Source: a virus
Taxonomy: Duplodnaviria > Caudoviricetes
Length of the DNA stretch: 57,922 bases
Reading direction: 5' to 3' (one strand)
IMG/VR virus record: IMGVR_UViG_3300042834_000003
Coordinates: 1-57,922 of that record
In this document: one piece after another, positions 35,698 to 45,667 of the stretch
Layout: each line of letters starts with the position of its first letter
Position numbering within the stretch: the stretch's first letter is position 1
The notes under the pieces: model-generated
The model's input: the letters and a program-made list of their open reading frames with translations, nothing else
The model's database searches: none
What the model was told of the DNA's origin: nothing
Made by a program: the position numbers and the translations under genes

Positions 35698-36411
35698 CTA
35701 ACCGGGTGTGAGGCTGGAGAGGGTAGTACAACCACACGCTGCCGTAGGTGGTGCGAGTCGAGTCAGGAACATTCGACTGTGCTGAGTGGACGTGATCGGA
35801 GTAAGCAGACGGATCGGAGTCGTGGACCCAGCCGGGTTATCGGAGTAGTCCACGAAGTATGGGCCAAGACCCCACAGCGACTGTCCGCGCGTGCGGGCGT
35901 TGAGTACGAAGTTGGCCGCACCGTTCTCGTAGGTGATGTCACCGACGGTCCCCTCAACAATCCAGGGGAACAGGGTGTACCCGAACTCAGTGCCACCCGT
36001 GCAGGCGACGCCCCCATTGTTGGCCAGCCGCGTCCAACCTTCCAGAGCGAAGTTGGCGGCCCCGGCGGAGAGTTCGTCGGTGCTGTAACCGGTAGCCACG
36101 GGAGCGACCGCATCGTTGAGTACCAGGGGTTCAGCACTCATGATGTTGACCAGCTCGGGGTCAACGTTGCAGAACGTCAGGACCAGGTTGAGCCACTTCA
36201 GGATCGGAGGGTTGGTCTCCTTCACGCAGAAGGTGCCGTCACCGTTCTTGACGAAGAACTCCTCCCGAGCCTCGTACTCTTTCGTCATCTCGACGGAGAT
36301 GATCCCGTCCGACACGACAGTGGAGCAGCCCGTCAGTGGAACACCACAGGAGCTGAGCTTGGTGACACGTACCCGTGGGATCTTCCACGGGGTGAAGCAC
36401 GTCGACGTCAT
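35698..36411 (-). CDS. major tail protein
   Basis: RVTKLSSCG, KNGDG..CV, TFCNVDP, FALEGW. Confidence 0.8.
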   Translation of the reverse strand: MTSTCFTPWKIPRVRVTKLSSCGVPLTGCSTVVSDGIISVEMTKEYEAREEFFVKNGDGTFCVKETNPPILKWLNLVLTFCNVDPELVNIMSAEPLVLNDAVAPVATGYSTDELSAGAANFALEGWTRLANNGGVACTGGTEFGYTLFPWIVEGTVGDITYENGAANFVLNARTRGQSLWGLGPYFVDYSDNPAGSTTPIRLLTPITSTQHSRMFLTRLAPPTAACGCTTLSSLTPG

Positions 36412-36611
36412 TTCTTTGCTCCACTCTTCTTCGGCTCTCTAGGCGGCGAAGAATCGATGGCCAGGTACTGCTGGTAGCGCTCGTACAGGTAGTCAGGTAC
36501 GACCACAGCAAGCTGTGGGTAGTCCGTCGTCGTGGCTACATCCCGTTTCCGGTCGGCCAGGTCCAGCAGGGCACGGATGACCTGTGGAGTCGCGGCCTCT
36601 ATGACAATCAC
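36408..36611 (-). CDS. small hypothetical protein
   Basis: Coupled ORF between capsid and tail genes. Confidence 0.55.
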   Translation of the reverse strand: MIVIEAATPQVIRALLDLADRKRDVATTTDYPQLAVVVPDYLYERYQQYLAIDSSPPREPKKSGAKK

Positions 36612-37468
36612 GTGCCACCACCGGCGGTGGTGCAGTTACGGGTCACCTGGATCGACCAGACACCACACTCGATGGCCACCGCGTAGATACGCTCGGCCAG
36701 GGTGAGGATCTGGTTGCCGGCCCGGTCGAAGGTCTGCCGGATCGGTGGGACCTCAACATCGCTCTGCCAGATCAGGACCCGGCCGGAGGCGTACATGAAC
36801 TCCGTGTTGGTGTCCACTGGCGTACCGGTGGGGCCGACGCCGTTGTAGCCCTGACCGAACACCACAGGAGTCCCGACCCAGGTGTTGATCTGGCGCCCCG
36901 ATCCCTTCTCCAACAGGTGACTCTGTGCCAGGTGAGCTGCCATGCCAGGACGGGCGTGGATGATGCCCCCCACAACGCCGTTGTCGGCCAAGGTCTGCTC
37001 CAGCACCTCTACCGCCTCGGTGACACAGCCGGCCGCGCCCAGTGGGGTGGCGGACTGAAAGAGGCCGGGGATGAGACCCAGGTTGGACCCGCCCAGTGAC
37101 TGTCCCTGCCAGATACGGCGCTCCACGGCCCGCTGCTCGCGCAGGGTCATGCGGGTGCGGACCTTCTGCTCCGACTCCTCGAACGAGTAGCCGAGAGCCC
37201 CACAGGTGTATGAGGTGATCACGGCGAACGGGGCCCCGGAGACGGGGGACTCGTTGAGCGAGAAGGTCTTGGAGCCGCTCACCGGGGGACAGTTCATGGC
37301 GTACAGGAAGACGTCGTCCTCGCACGTGTCGGGCACGTAGAGGATGCCACCGCCTTGGGCTTCCGGTACCGGGAACGGCATCGGGCCCAGCGCCACGTCG
37401 AAGATCCCGTACTGGCGCGGCGGTGGTGTTGGTGTCGGCGCCAGGAACGGCGCGTTGATGGTGGCCAC
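36608..37468 (-). CDS. minor capsid / capsid-associated protein
   Basis: Follows the major capsid gene; GGAGG RBS. Confidence 0.7.
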   Translation of the reverse strand: MATINAPFLAPTPTPPPRQYGIFDVALGPMPFPVPEAQGGGILYVPDTCEDDVFLYAMNCPPVSGSKTFSLNESPVSGAPFAVITSYTCGALGYSFEESEQKVRTRMTLREQRAVERRIWQGQSLGGSNLGLIPGLFQSATPLGAAGCVTEAVEVLEQTLADNGVVGGIIHARPGMAAHLAQSHLLEKGSGRQINTWVGTPVVFGQGYNGVGPTGTPVDTNTEFMYASGRVLIWQSDVEVPPIRQTFDRAGNQILTLAERIYAVAIECGVWSIQVTRNCTTAGGGT

Positions 37469-37526
37469 GTCTCACCTCCCTTCTGGTAGTGGCTGAAGGG
37501 GGCCGGTTACCCGACCCCCGCAACCG

Positions 37527-39251
37527 CTACGGGCAGGTGAGAGTGCCTTGGCTAGTGGTCTTACCACTCGGGCAGATCGGCACCGTGTACACACGGGAGA
37601 CAGGACACATCTGGACCATCGCCCAGCCGGTCTCCGTGAACAGGTGCGTGACCTGGTTGGTGGCCAGCTTCGTCGAGTCGTAGACCGAGTTGAGAGTGAT
37701 CACGTCGTTGACCGCCCGGATCCAGGTGCCGGCCGGGTAGACCAGGAACTGGAGGCTGGACGGCAGCGAGCTGATCGGGGTGTCGGCACCGGGAACACCA
37801 GACGCGGCACAGGTCGCGAAGGCGTCCTGCCAGTCGTAGATGTACTGGACCCGAGCACCACGAGCCGTGAACGCGGCCGTGATAGCCGAGTCCGCCAGGG
37901 TGATGGCCTCCGGACCACTGCCTGTGGCGTTGCGTCGGATCCAGTCCGCCCGCATCTGGGCACCGATCCAGAACGGCATGATCACTTCGAGGGTGGCGCT
38001 GCGTTGCATACGCAGCCGGTACTTGATGTCCACAATGGCCATCTCGACCGCACTCAGGACCTGGCTGACGGTTGAACCATCAGTAGCCCATGGGGCAGCA
38101 GCGGTCAGTGACACCGCCGTAGAGCCGGCCACAACATCGGCGACCTGCTCACGGTTGATCTGGTGCGCCGACGCGGCCAGAGCACCACGGGTGAAGGTGG
38201 CCGTGAACTCCGGGTAGCCCCGGATGGCCAGGATGTTGCCGGTCAGGCAGAGACCCGTGACACCCAGCCGGGTGTCAATGAAGCTCGGGCACGGGATCTC
38301 CAGGCAGGTCTTGACTGTGCCGGCCGCAACTTGGGCCTCAGTCAGGTCGAAGAAGCCCGACGGGCTCACACAGTTGCCGCCACCGAAGATCGAGTCGAAC
38401 TCGATACCAGTGTTGTGCCGGATGCCACCACGACGGGCCTGGACCTCAGGGAAGTCCGCGAGACCGTCGGTGGTGATCTGGAGACAGATGTCGTAGTCCG
38501 TCTCCGACGGGGCACACCATCCCTGCGCCGCGACGAGGGCATCCCGCTCCGGGTGCTGAGTGGCCAGCTCCTTGGTGCGCAGCTCCACCGACCGGATCAG
38601 GGACCCACCCGGGAGGCGGCTCTCGTCAGCAACGTGGAGGAGCTTGGCGTAGTCGGTGGAGTCACCCTGACACGAGAACTCGTCCGGGTAGTTGCGGACC
38701 AGTTGAGCCACCGGGTAGGAAACCGGACCCGACGTGGCACCACGAGACATGGCATTGTGACTGGCCGAACGGGACTCGAACGCCTTCGCCACGTCCAGCA
38801 TGGTCGGCAGAGCCTGGCCGGCCTCGTAGTTGGGTACCCCAGCCGAGGCGACCAGAGCCGAGTACACAGGGCGGGTGTTCTGCTGGTTGACCGGCACCGG
38901 GTTGGCCCCGGTGACGATGTCGGAGACGCTGACGGTGATGGTCTCCGTAGCTGGGGTCGTTGACGCGGAGGCCACGACAGCTTCAGGCTCAGCGGGAGGG
39001 GTGACTGGCTCCGGCTCAGCGGTGGCAGCAGCGAAGCGAGCTGCTCGATCCTCCCGGGCCGAGATGATGGCGGGAACGGTCTCGCGGGTGAAGAGCTGCA
39101 GGGCTTCCAGCTGGTCAATCTCGTCGTCGGTGACAGACTCGACGGTGACTGTGGACTGCAGTTCAGCGAACTCCGCCGCCGCAATGTTGGCAAGGTCCTG
39201 GAGACCTGCGACTGAGAACTGATCAAGGTTCTCAGGGATCTGAAAAGGCAT
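37527..39251 (-). CDS. major capsid protein
   Basis: 574 aa; LVAAQGWCAPSETDYD, RGGI, GNIL..RGYPE, YPAGTW typical of actinophage capsids. Confidence 0.85.
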   Translation of the reverse strand: MPFQIPENLDQFSVAGLQDLANIAAAEFAELQSTVTVESVTDDEIDQLEALQLFTRETVPAIISAREDRAARFAAATAEPEPVTPPAEPEAVVASASTTPATETITVSVSDIVTGANPVPVNQQNTRPVYSALVASAGVPNYEAGQALPTMLDVAKAFESRSASHNAMSRGATSGPVSYPVAQLVRNYPDEFSCQGDSTDYAKLLHVADESRLPGGSLIRSVELRTKELATQHPERDALVAAQGWCAPSETDYDICLQITTDGLADFPEVQARRGGIRHNTGIEFDSIFGGGNCVSPSGFFDLTEAQVAAGTVKTCLEIPCPSFIDTRLGVTGLCLTGNILAIRGYPEFTATFTRGALAASAHQINREQVADVVAGSTAVSLTAAAPWATDGSTVSQVLSAVEMAIVDIKYRLRMQRSATLEVIMPFWIGAQMRADWIRRNATGSGPEAITLADSAITAAFTARGARVQYIYDWQDAFATCAASGVPGADTPISSLPSSLQFLVYPAGTWIRAVNDVITLNSVYDSTKLATNQVTHLFTETGWAMVQMCPVSRVYTVPICPSGKTTSQGTLTCP

Positions 39252-39390
39252 GTGAACCTCTCGGGATACGAGTTAACGTCTCCCGGTGCGGCTCAAAGTC
39301 TCAGGCCACCGGTAGTGGTTGGGGCGTGGCACAGAGCAAACAGCGCCCGATAATCCGCATACTAGATCATCAGGCGCTGTATGTGAAGTG

Positions 39391-39552
39391 CTACTTGGCG
39401 ACTGCCCGGCGTTCCCCACCGCCGGCCATGGTCATGGCCACCCGCGAATCATGATCGTTGAGGACCTTGACCTCCCCGTTGGGCAGCGTCACCTCATACA
39501 TCTGTTCCGGGACGGTGGGGATCTGTCCACCGCCACACGAGGCACACGGCAT
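39391..39552 (-). CDS. small CxxC protein
   Basis: MPCASCGG...YEVTLPNG. Confidence 0.55.
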   Translation of the reverse strand: MPCASCGGGQIPTVPEQMYEVTLPNGEVKVLNDHDSRVAMTMAGGGERRAVAK

Positions 39553-39554
39553 AC

Positions 39555-39770
39555 CTACTCCTCTTCTGCTAGGTAGAGGTAGCCATTGGACCATCCGTTG
39601 GCCAGCAGGTCTTTGATCGTCGCGGCTTCCCCTTTACGACGGATCATGCCAGCAAAGGTTCCGTCCGCGCCACTAGCCATCCCAGTGAAGAATGGCTTGC
39701 CGTCGTCTTTGATCCCTACCGTGCCGGTTGTCTTCTTGGTCCTGACATCCTGGAGCTTCCTCAGCCTCAT
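39555..39770 (-). CDS. hypothetical protein
   Basis: Coupled to the 1963-aa gene; GWSNGY motif. Confidence 0.6.
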   Translation of the reverse strand: MRLRKLQDVRTKKTTGTVGIKDDGKPFFTGMASGADGTFAGMIRRKGEAATIKDLLANGWSNGYLYLAEEE

Positions 39771-42700
39771 GTCTTCCCTCCTAGTCTGGACCTAGTCCCC
39801 TTGGCCGCTGCTGTCAGGATGTCCATCCGCTCCATCATGGCATTGAACCAGTCGAGTCTCTTAAGACGCGCGAACTCAGGACGTAGGGCCTCCAGACGCC
39901 TACGGACGATCGCCATGTCTCCAGGACTCATGTCATTGCTTTCGGCCCATTTTGACTCTTTTGTGTCTATCGCCGCTTTTACGAAGTTACGTCCAAAGAC
40001 ACTGGTAGCAGCAGCAAAAGCTCCGTTCTGTGGACTAACGGCAAATGCAAATCCTTGATCGATTCCTACAATCTCTGGATCCTCATCGGGTCCGTCAATG
40101 AGAAAGTTCCCATCACCTCGGTCTGGGTTAGCCATTAGTGCGTCAGCCAGACCGAGGAGCCAGCCTTTGTCAGTTGCCCGTAAATCGTCGAAGGACAAAC
40201 TGTCTCTCCAGAGATCTCCTCGCATGTCTTGGAGGTAGATCTTGCGGGGGCCATCCCGAGACGTTCCAGGGGCTAGAGCGCCAGCAGCACTGACGACTAG
40301 CGCACCAAGCTCCTCAGAGTCGGTGAGCTGTTCGGCAGTTGCCTTGTCAGGAAAACGTTCCTGGTCTTTAAGGACAAGCGTCTTGCCACCTTCGTAGTGA
40401 TGTCGTGTGACGAAACTAGTTCCCCCACCAAGACGATCAGGTTCTCTCGTCTGCTTCTGCTGGGACAGCTTCTTTACTGTCGCTGAACGTTCCATGTGAT
40501 CGCCTGGCGACCCCTGGCCGCCGCTAGCTTTTGGGCGGGCCTTCTCCTGTTCTGCTTCTAGGAGTCTCTTTTTCTTATTGGCTTCACGTATCTCTTTGAG
40601 TTCCTTGGTCGCCTTCGAGACGGCCCGATCCAGGTTGGACTTACCCTCCAGGCTCTCGTGGCGTCGATTTCCCAATTCTCCGACCATCGCTCCCAGCTTC
40701 AGCTCACTGATCTCACCCCTGTCGAATCTCTCAGCAATCTTGGCCAGAAGATCCATCTCAGACTCTCTGTCACCACCCATCCGGACACCACCACGAGCCA
40801 GAGGGTTCTGACTGAAAGCCTTCATGAGATCAATGACCGGCTGTGGGGTACCATCCGGAAGTTTCAGAGGGGAACGAGACGGAGAATCTATCTCCTCGAT
40901 AGCCTCTGCCAGAGCTGAATGAGCCTTGGTCCCAGCCGGGATCCTGGTGTTCAGTTTCTTCAAAGAGTCGACTAGCTCCTGCGGGGATATCTCACCTCTC
41001 ATCTCCCTGGTCGTTATCCGACCAACCACATTGGCAAGAGCGTCATCATCTACCGCAAGCTTCTTGTCTTCGCCCATGTCTCTGAGTGCGCGCCCTATGG
41101 CACCACTGCCATGGAAGTTGATCTCTCCTCCACCGGTACTTCTATCCCAGTGGTTCTCCAGGATCGGTTTCGTGGAGAACTTACCCGCCTGGATACCTGG
41201 CACATTGTTACCTGGAGTCCCTGGTAGAGGAACTCTCTGGATGGCGTCCGAATCCAGTCGACGACTGACATGGTGATTGACCAAGTCATCGATCAGCTTG
41301 GCCTTGGTCAGCTTCGTTCCAGGTTCAACACCAGTCACCCGTGAAACCGCCTGAAGATCCTGCTTGGTCAGGTTCTTCAAGGCGTCACGACCCTGCTGCT
41401 CGGTCTTGGCCTCTTTCAGTCTCTGGAAGGCATCGGTGGCGATACGGTCCTGGAGCTTCTCGACCTTCGCCTCAGGAGTACCAGGAGCGGCGGCCTTCTT
41501 AACCGGGGGTCGACGCATCTTCTTAAGGCGGTCGGCCAGTTCCTGCCACCGATGACCCTGCTCGACCAGCTTCGCTGCGTCAGGTTCTGAACCTCCAGCT
41601 GCACGAAGAGTGGCCGCTCGGTATGCCGGACCACCAGCACCATTGGCACGACCCTCGACGTAACGACCTACCTCCGCTAGCGATGGCCTCTTCTCGTCAT
41701 CGAGCATCTTCTGTACGGTGCCGAGGAGTTCCTCGTCTTCAGGTGTGAAGTCGATCCCGGAACCAACGATGCGGGCATCGACCTTCTGCGGATCACTGAA
41801 CGGCTTGATCTCTGGAGGTTTGGCCGGCTCTGCTTTCTTGACAGCCTTCTTGGTTGCCTTCTCAGCACGCTTCTGGTCCACAATCTTGCGTGCCAGGTCA
41901 GTGACTATCTCTTCGTTGGTGTCACCCTTGACGTCAGCGAAACCGGCCTCTCTAGCCTGCCTCTTCAGTTCTTCCGGAGCGGTATCCTGCAGTTCCTTAA
42001 AATGCTTCGGATCAAGCTCAAGTTTGATTTCTTTAACCGAAACAGGAGCCTCTTCGCTGAAGTGCTGGCGCAGGAACTTGGAGGCCTTCTCCTGGGCGTC
42101 GATGCCCTCCTGGAGAACCTCAAGACGTTCCCTGGTGGCCCGACGCTTGATGGGTTCCATCGGCTCGCGGAGGGTAGCCTCGTACTGACCAGCCTCGATC
42201 TTGTGGAAGGCGATCCGGTCTTCCAGGAAGGTGACAGCCTCGTCAGGCGACATCCGGCCAGCACGGAGATCGGTGAAGGCCTTGTTCAGGTCAGCGTTCT
42301 GCTGTCCTTTCGGAGCATGGATCCCAGCATCGATCCAGGCCTTCTTAAACTCACTGGACCGCTCGTTGTCCAGGGGAACGTTTGACTTCGGAGCCTCGGC
42401 GATCTTTATTCGCGGCTCAGCCTTCTTGGCCGGCGCCGGCTTCTCTGCCCCGATGACCTTCGCCTTGGTCAGCTGGATCTTCTCGCCGTCGTGCTCGAAG
42501 CTGTAGCCAGGACGGAGGACATCCACCTGATCCCCGGGGGCGATACCACCACCAGCGGCTTCGTGCTCAGAGCCTTTGAACCCCTGGGCTCCGGTGCTCG
42601 ACCGCTGCAGGCCGAGCTTCTTCTCCGTCTTGGTCAGCTCAGCGTTGATCCTGGCGTGGTCACCAGACCGGACCGCATCGAGGAGGTCAGGCTCATCACT

Positions 42701-45658
42701 GAGGATCTTGCCTGCCGCGTCGGCGCGGTGCTGGAAGACCGCCGGGTCGTCCTGGCCGTCATTGAGGAGCTGGTGGATCTGGCCCAGGACATCGGCCTTC
42801 TGCCGAGTATCGTCGATGACTTTCTGCCGAGCTCGGGCAGCATCTTCAGGGTTGGCTGGAGCGGCCTTCTTAGCCGGAGCGGCTTTCTTGGCTGGAGTAG
42901 CAGCTTTGGCCGCTTTCTTTGCGGCTATCCCCTCCATCCGGGCCTTGTGTCGAACCTCAGCTTCCTCGATGAGCTTGCGGTCCTCGGGAGAGACATCTTT
43001 GAGGACGTCTTCCCGTAGACCTGGGAACCGCTCGGTCTTCTGGAGGAGCATCGTGACTACTGCGTCCTCAGTGACGTTCGGCTTCCCAACCTTCAGTGGT
43101 GCGGCAGCCTTCTTGACTGCTGTGACTGAAGGTGCGGCAGCTTTGGCCACCTTGGCCGGCTCAGGCGTTGGTGCCTTACGACCCTCCAGGATCGCATCGA
43201 CGAGGTCAGCCTTCAGGGGCCGAGCCTTGCCCACATGGATGTCATGGTCCTTGGCGTACTGCTTCAGGTCCGCGACGGTGGGGTTCTTGCCGATCAGCTC
43301 CTGTATGCGCTGCTCTTTGCCGAGTGGGGACCCAGCCTCTACCGGACCAGCCTTCTCGGCCTGCTGGATCGCAGCCTTGATCTTGTCCTTGGTCCACGAG
43401 CCACGAACGTCAGCCTGGACAGTCTTGGCGTGCTCCAGGAGTTGAGCCTTCGTCATCTTGTCGATGTCAGCGGCCCCACCCGCCTCTGGAGTAGGAGCGC
43501 CTGGTGCGGCGGCCTTCTTGACGGCAGCCTTACGAGGAGCCCGCGCCTTCTTCGCCTCAGGGCCAGCCTCGATGATGTCCGCGACCTTGCGAAGGAAGTC
43601 ATCGGCGGGAGTGCTGCGGTCTTTGGCCAGATCCCGGAGCTGTTGGGCACCCTCCTGCTTGCTGATCTCCTTCTTACGTACCTGCTCCGCCGTCATGTCG
43701 AGCATGGTCTTGTGGAGATCAGGCAACGACGGGTTATCCCCGGTGGCATCCTTCCACCGCTGAATCTGGTCGTCGTTCAGCTTGTCGTCGGTGATGTTGG
43801 CCGGGACCTGGGCGATGGCGGCACCAGGTGGCAGTTCCTTGGCCCCCGCCTTCTTCGCGACTGTCTTCTTCGGCGCGGCGGCCTTAACCGCTGGTGCGGC
43901 AGCCTTCTTAACCGCCGGCTCTGCGGTCCTCTTCATCACCGCAGGGGGTGCGGTCTTCTTAGCGAAAGACTGTTCTCCGACTGCGACCCTGCCTGGACCT
44001 GGAGTTGCGGTCTTCTCAGCTGTTGACGGTGCCACCTTCTTCACGGCAGGTGCGGACGGTGCCTTCCCGGCGGCCTTCTTTGCGATAGCCCCGGTTACCT
44101 GCGCCTTCTCCAGCACCACCTGGTTGTCTACGGCATTGGGGCCGGGACCGTTGGGGTGGTACACCACTGCTGGCCGGATGACCTGAACCTTCCCACTCTC
44201 CGGGATGTCTCCCACCGGATCCATGAGGGTCTCGTCGAACTGCACCACCTTCCCGGCGCGCTGCTCCCGGTGAGTGAGCTTGCCTTCCCGTGGACCTCCA
44301 ACCAGCTCGATATTGGACTGGTCCAGGGAACGGGCCATCCGCTGCTTACCCAGGGTCGGCTTGTCTGCCTCGAACGCCTCAGCGACCCGTTCAAGCTCAT
44401 GCCGTACGCGGTCTTTCTGATCCTTATGGACCTCATCCATAGAGGGGTGACTGGCCCAGGCCCGGATGTGCTCAGCGATGGTCTTATTGTCGGCACCCTT
44501 GTGGACCAGCTCAGCCAGCTCCGCACCAGCGTTGCCTTGAGGGACCCGGTCAGCGATGGCCTGGAACCGGGCCCGGGCCTCGCGCCGGCCCCGGAGCTTG
44601 GCCACATCCGCGTCTTCGGGAGATGGCCCCACACCAGGGACCTGGGGAGTTGGTGGCGCCGGGGCAGCCTCCGGTACGTTGCCCTGGGGGGCCGGAGGTG
44701 CTCCAGCAGGCGCAGGTGCTGCCGGCCCCCCTCCAATAGACTCAGCCGCCACCGGTTCGTTGCGGGGCTGGGTGCCATCGGGGAGGGTCTGCTGGGCCTG
44801 CGGGGTGTTGTCGGCCTGAGGCTGGCCACCGTCACCCACTGGCGTCGGAGCCGCTGACGGCTGATCGCCTTCAGCCTTCATCGACTTGGCCTGGCCACGC
44901 TGGGCCTCTTGTACGACGCTCTCTCGGTTCTTGGGCCGCCCTGCCCCTACGTGCCCACCAAGAGGTTGCGGAGTCTGACCGGCGGTGTGAGGCTCAGCCA
45001 CGGCCAGGACGTAGAAGCCACCACGGCCATCCTCTTTGACCTTGGTGATCCGGTATGGCTGGTCCCGCTGCAGGTACATGGTCCGGTCGTTGCCACCCTG
45101 ACCGGGGATGGTGGCCTTGGTGCCTTTCGGTACAGCAATGGACATGGTGATCTGGCCGGAGCCACCACCGAGGGGGGTGCCCAGGTTGACAGCCGAGTAC
45201 CCACGGTCCGCAATGAGCTTCCCGGTGAAGTCAGTCAGACCACCGTCTTCGGCGTGCATCGTCTCGGGGGTGAGACCGAACGCATCGGGGCCAACGACAC
45301 GGGACACGATGACATCGTCAGGTAGGTCAACGGCATGACTGTCCATCATGGCCACGAACTTCTTCGTCGACGGCTCATCGATGATGCCGTCACGTAGATC
45401 TTCTTCAGCCGGTCCGTAGTCTGCGTGGAGACGGGCCAGCTCACCAAGACTCAGACGCTTTTTGGTGGCCAGGTTCTGGTTGTATTGAGAAGCCTGGTTG
45501 TCGGACTGAAAGGTACGTGGCCGGAAGCCAGCCAGGAATGAGGTGATCCGGTTGACCACCCCTTCTGGCATCTTCCATTTCGTACGGAAGCGACCATGCT
45601 TGTCACGAGGGTGGAGTAGTTCCTCCCTCGTTCCCCATGCGTCACCGATACCGGCCAC
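39767..45658 (-). CDS. 1963-aa polyvalent head-associated protein (ART-like, GrpE-like, HeH/Rho-N-like and kinase-like domains)
   Basis: HPRDKHGRF; DRGYSA..IAVPKGTKA; VQVIRP / VDVLRPGY; MTKAQL..K repeats; ALMANPDRGDGNFL...IDQGFAF. Confidence 0.8.
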   Translation of the reverse strand: MAGIGDAWGTREELLHPRDKHGRFRTKWKMPEGVVNRITSFLAGFRPRTFQSDNQASQYNQNLATKKRLSLGELARLHADYGPAEEDLRDGIIDEPSTKKFVAMMDSHAVDLPDDVIVSRVVGPDAFGLTPETMHAEDGGLTDFTGKLIADRGYSAVNLGTPLGGGSGQITMSIAVPKGTKATIPGQGGNDRTMYLQRDQPYRITKVKEDGRGGFYVLAVAEPHTAGQTPQPLGGHVGAGRPKNRESVVQEAQRGQAKSMKAEGDQPSAAPTPVGDGGQPQADNTPQAQQTLPDGTQPRNEPVAAESIGGGPAAPAPAGAPPAPQGNVPEAAPAPPTPQVPGVGPSPEDADVAKLRGRREARARFQAIADRVPQGNAGAELAELVHKGADNKTIAEHIRAWASHPSMDEVHKDQKDRVRHELERVAEAFEADKPTLGKQRMARSLDQSNIELVGGPREGKLTHREQRAGKVVQFDETLMDPVGDIPESGKVQVIRPAVVYHPNGPGPNAVDNQVVLEKAQVTGAIAKKAAGKAPSAPAVKKVAPSTAEKTATPGPGRVAVGEQSFAKKTAPPAVMKRTAEPAVKKAAAPAVKAAAPKKTVAKKAGAKELPPGAAIAQVPANITDDKLNDDQIQRWKDATGDNPSLPDLHKTMLDMTAEQVRKKEISKQEGAQQLRDLAKDRSTPADDFLRKVADIIEAGPEAKKARAPRKAAVKKAAAPGAPTPEAGGAADIDKMTKAQLLEHAKTVQADVRGSWTKDKIKAAIQQAEKAGPVEAGSPLGKEQRIQELIGKNPTVADLKQYAKDHDIHVGKARPLKADLVDAILEGRKAPTPEPAKVAKAAAPSVTAVKKAAAPLKVGKPNVTEDAVVTMLLQKTERFPGLREDVLKDVSPEDRKLIEEAEVRHKARMEGIAAKKAAKAATPAKKAAPAKKAAPANPEDAARARQKVIDDTRQKADVLGQIHQLLNDGQDDPAVFQHRADAAGKILSDEPDLLDAVRSGDHARINAELTKTEKKLGLQRSSTGAQGFKGSEHEAAGGGIAPGDQVDVLRPGYSFEHDGEKIQLTKAKVIGAEKPAPAKKAEPRIKIAEAPKSNVPLDNERSSEFKKAWIDAGIHAPKGQQNADLNKAFTDLRAGRMSPDEAVTFLEDRIAFHKIEAGQYEATLREPMEPIKRRATRERLEVLQEGIDAQEKASKFLRQHFSEEAPVSVKEIKLELDPKHFKELQDTAPEELKRQAREAGFADVKGDTNEEIVTDLARKIVDQKRAEKATKKAVKKAEPAKPPEIKPFSDPQKVDARIVGSGIDFTPEDEELLGTVQKMLDDEKRPSLAEVGRYVEGRANGAGGPAYRAATLRAAGGSEPDAAKLVEQGHRWQELADRLKKMRRPPVKKAAAPGTPEAKVEKLQDRIATDAFQRLKEAKTEQQGRDALKNLTKQDLQAVSRVTGVEPGTKLTKAKLIDDLVNHHVSRRLDSDAIQRVPLPGTPGNNVPGIQAGKFSTKPILENHWDRSTGGGEINFHGSGAIGRALRDMGEDKKLAVDDDALANVVGRITTREMRGEISPQELVDSLKKLNTRIPAGTKAHSALAEAIEEIDSPSRSPLKLPDGTPQPVIDLMKAFSQNPLARGGVRMGGDRESEMDLLAKIAERFDRGEISELKLGAMVGELGNRRHESLEGKSNLDRAVSKATKELKEIREANKKKRLLEAEQEKARPKASGGQGSPGDHMERSATVKKLSQQKQTREPDRLGGGTSFVTRHHYEGGKTLVLKDQERFPDKATAEQLTDSEELGALVVSAAGALAPGTSRDGPRKIYLQDMRGDLWRDSLSFDDLRATDKGWLLGLADALMANPDRGDGNFLIDGPDEDPEIVGIDQGFAFAVSPQNGAFAAATSVFGRNFVKAAIDTKESKWAESNDMSPGDMAIVRRRLEALRPEFARLKRLDWFNAMMERMDILTAAAKGTRSRLGGKT

Positions 45659-45667
45659 GTGTCATCC

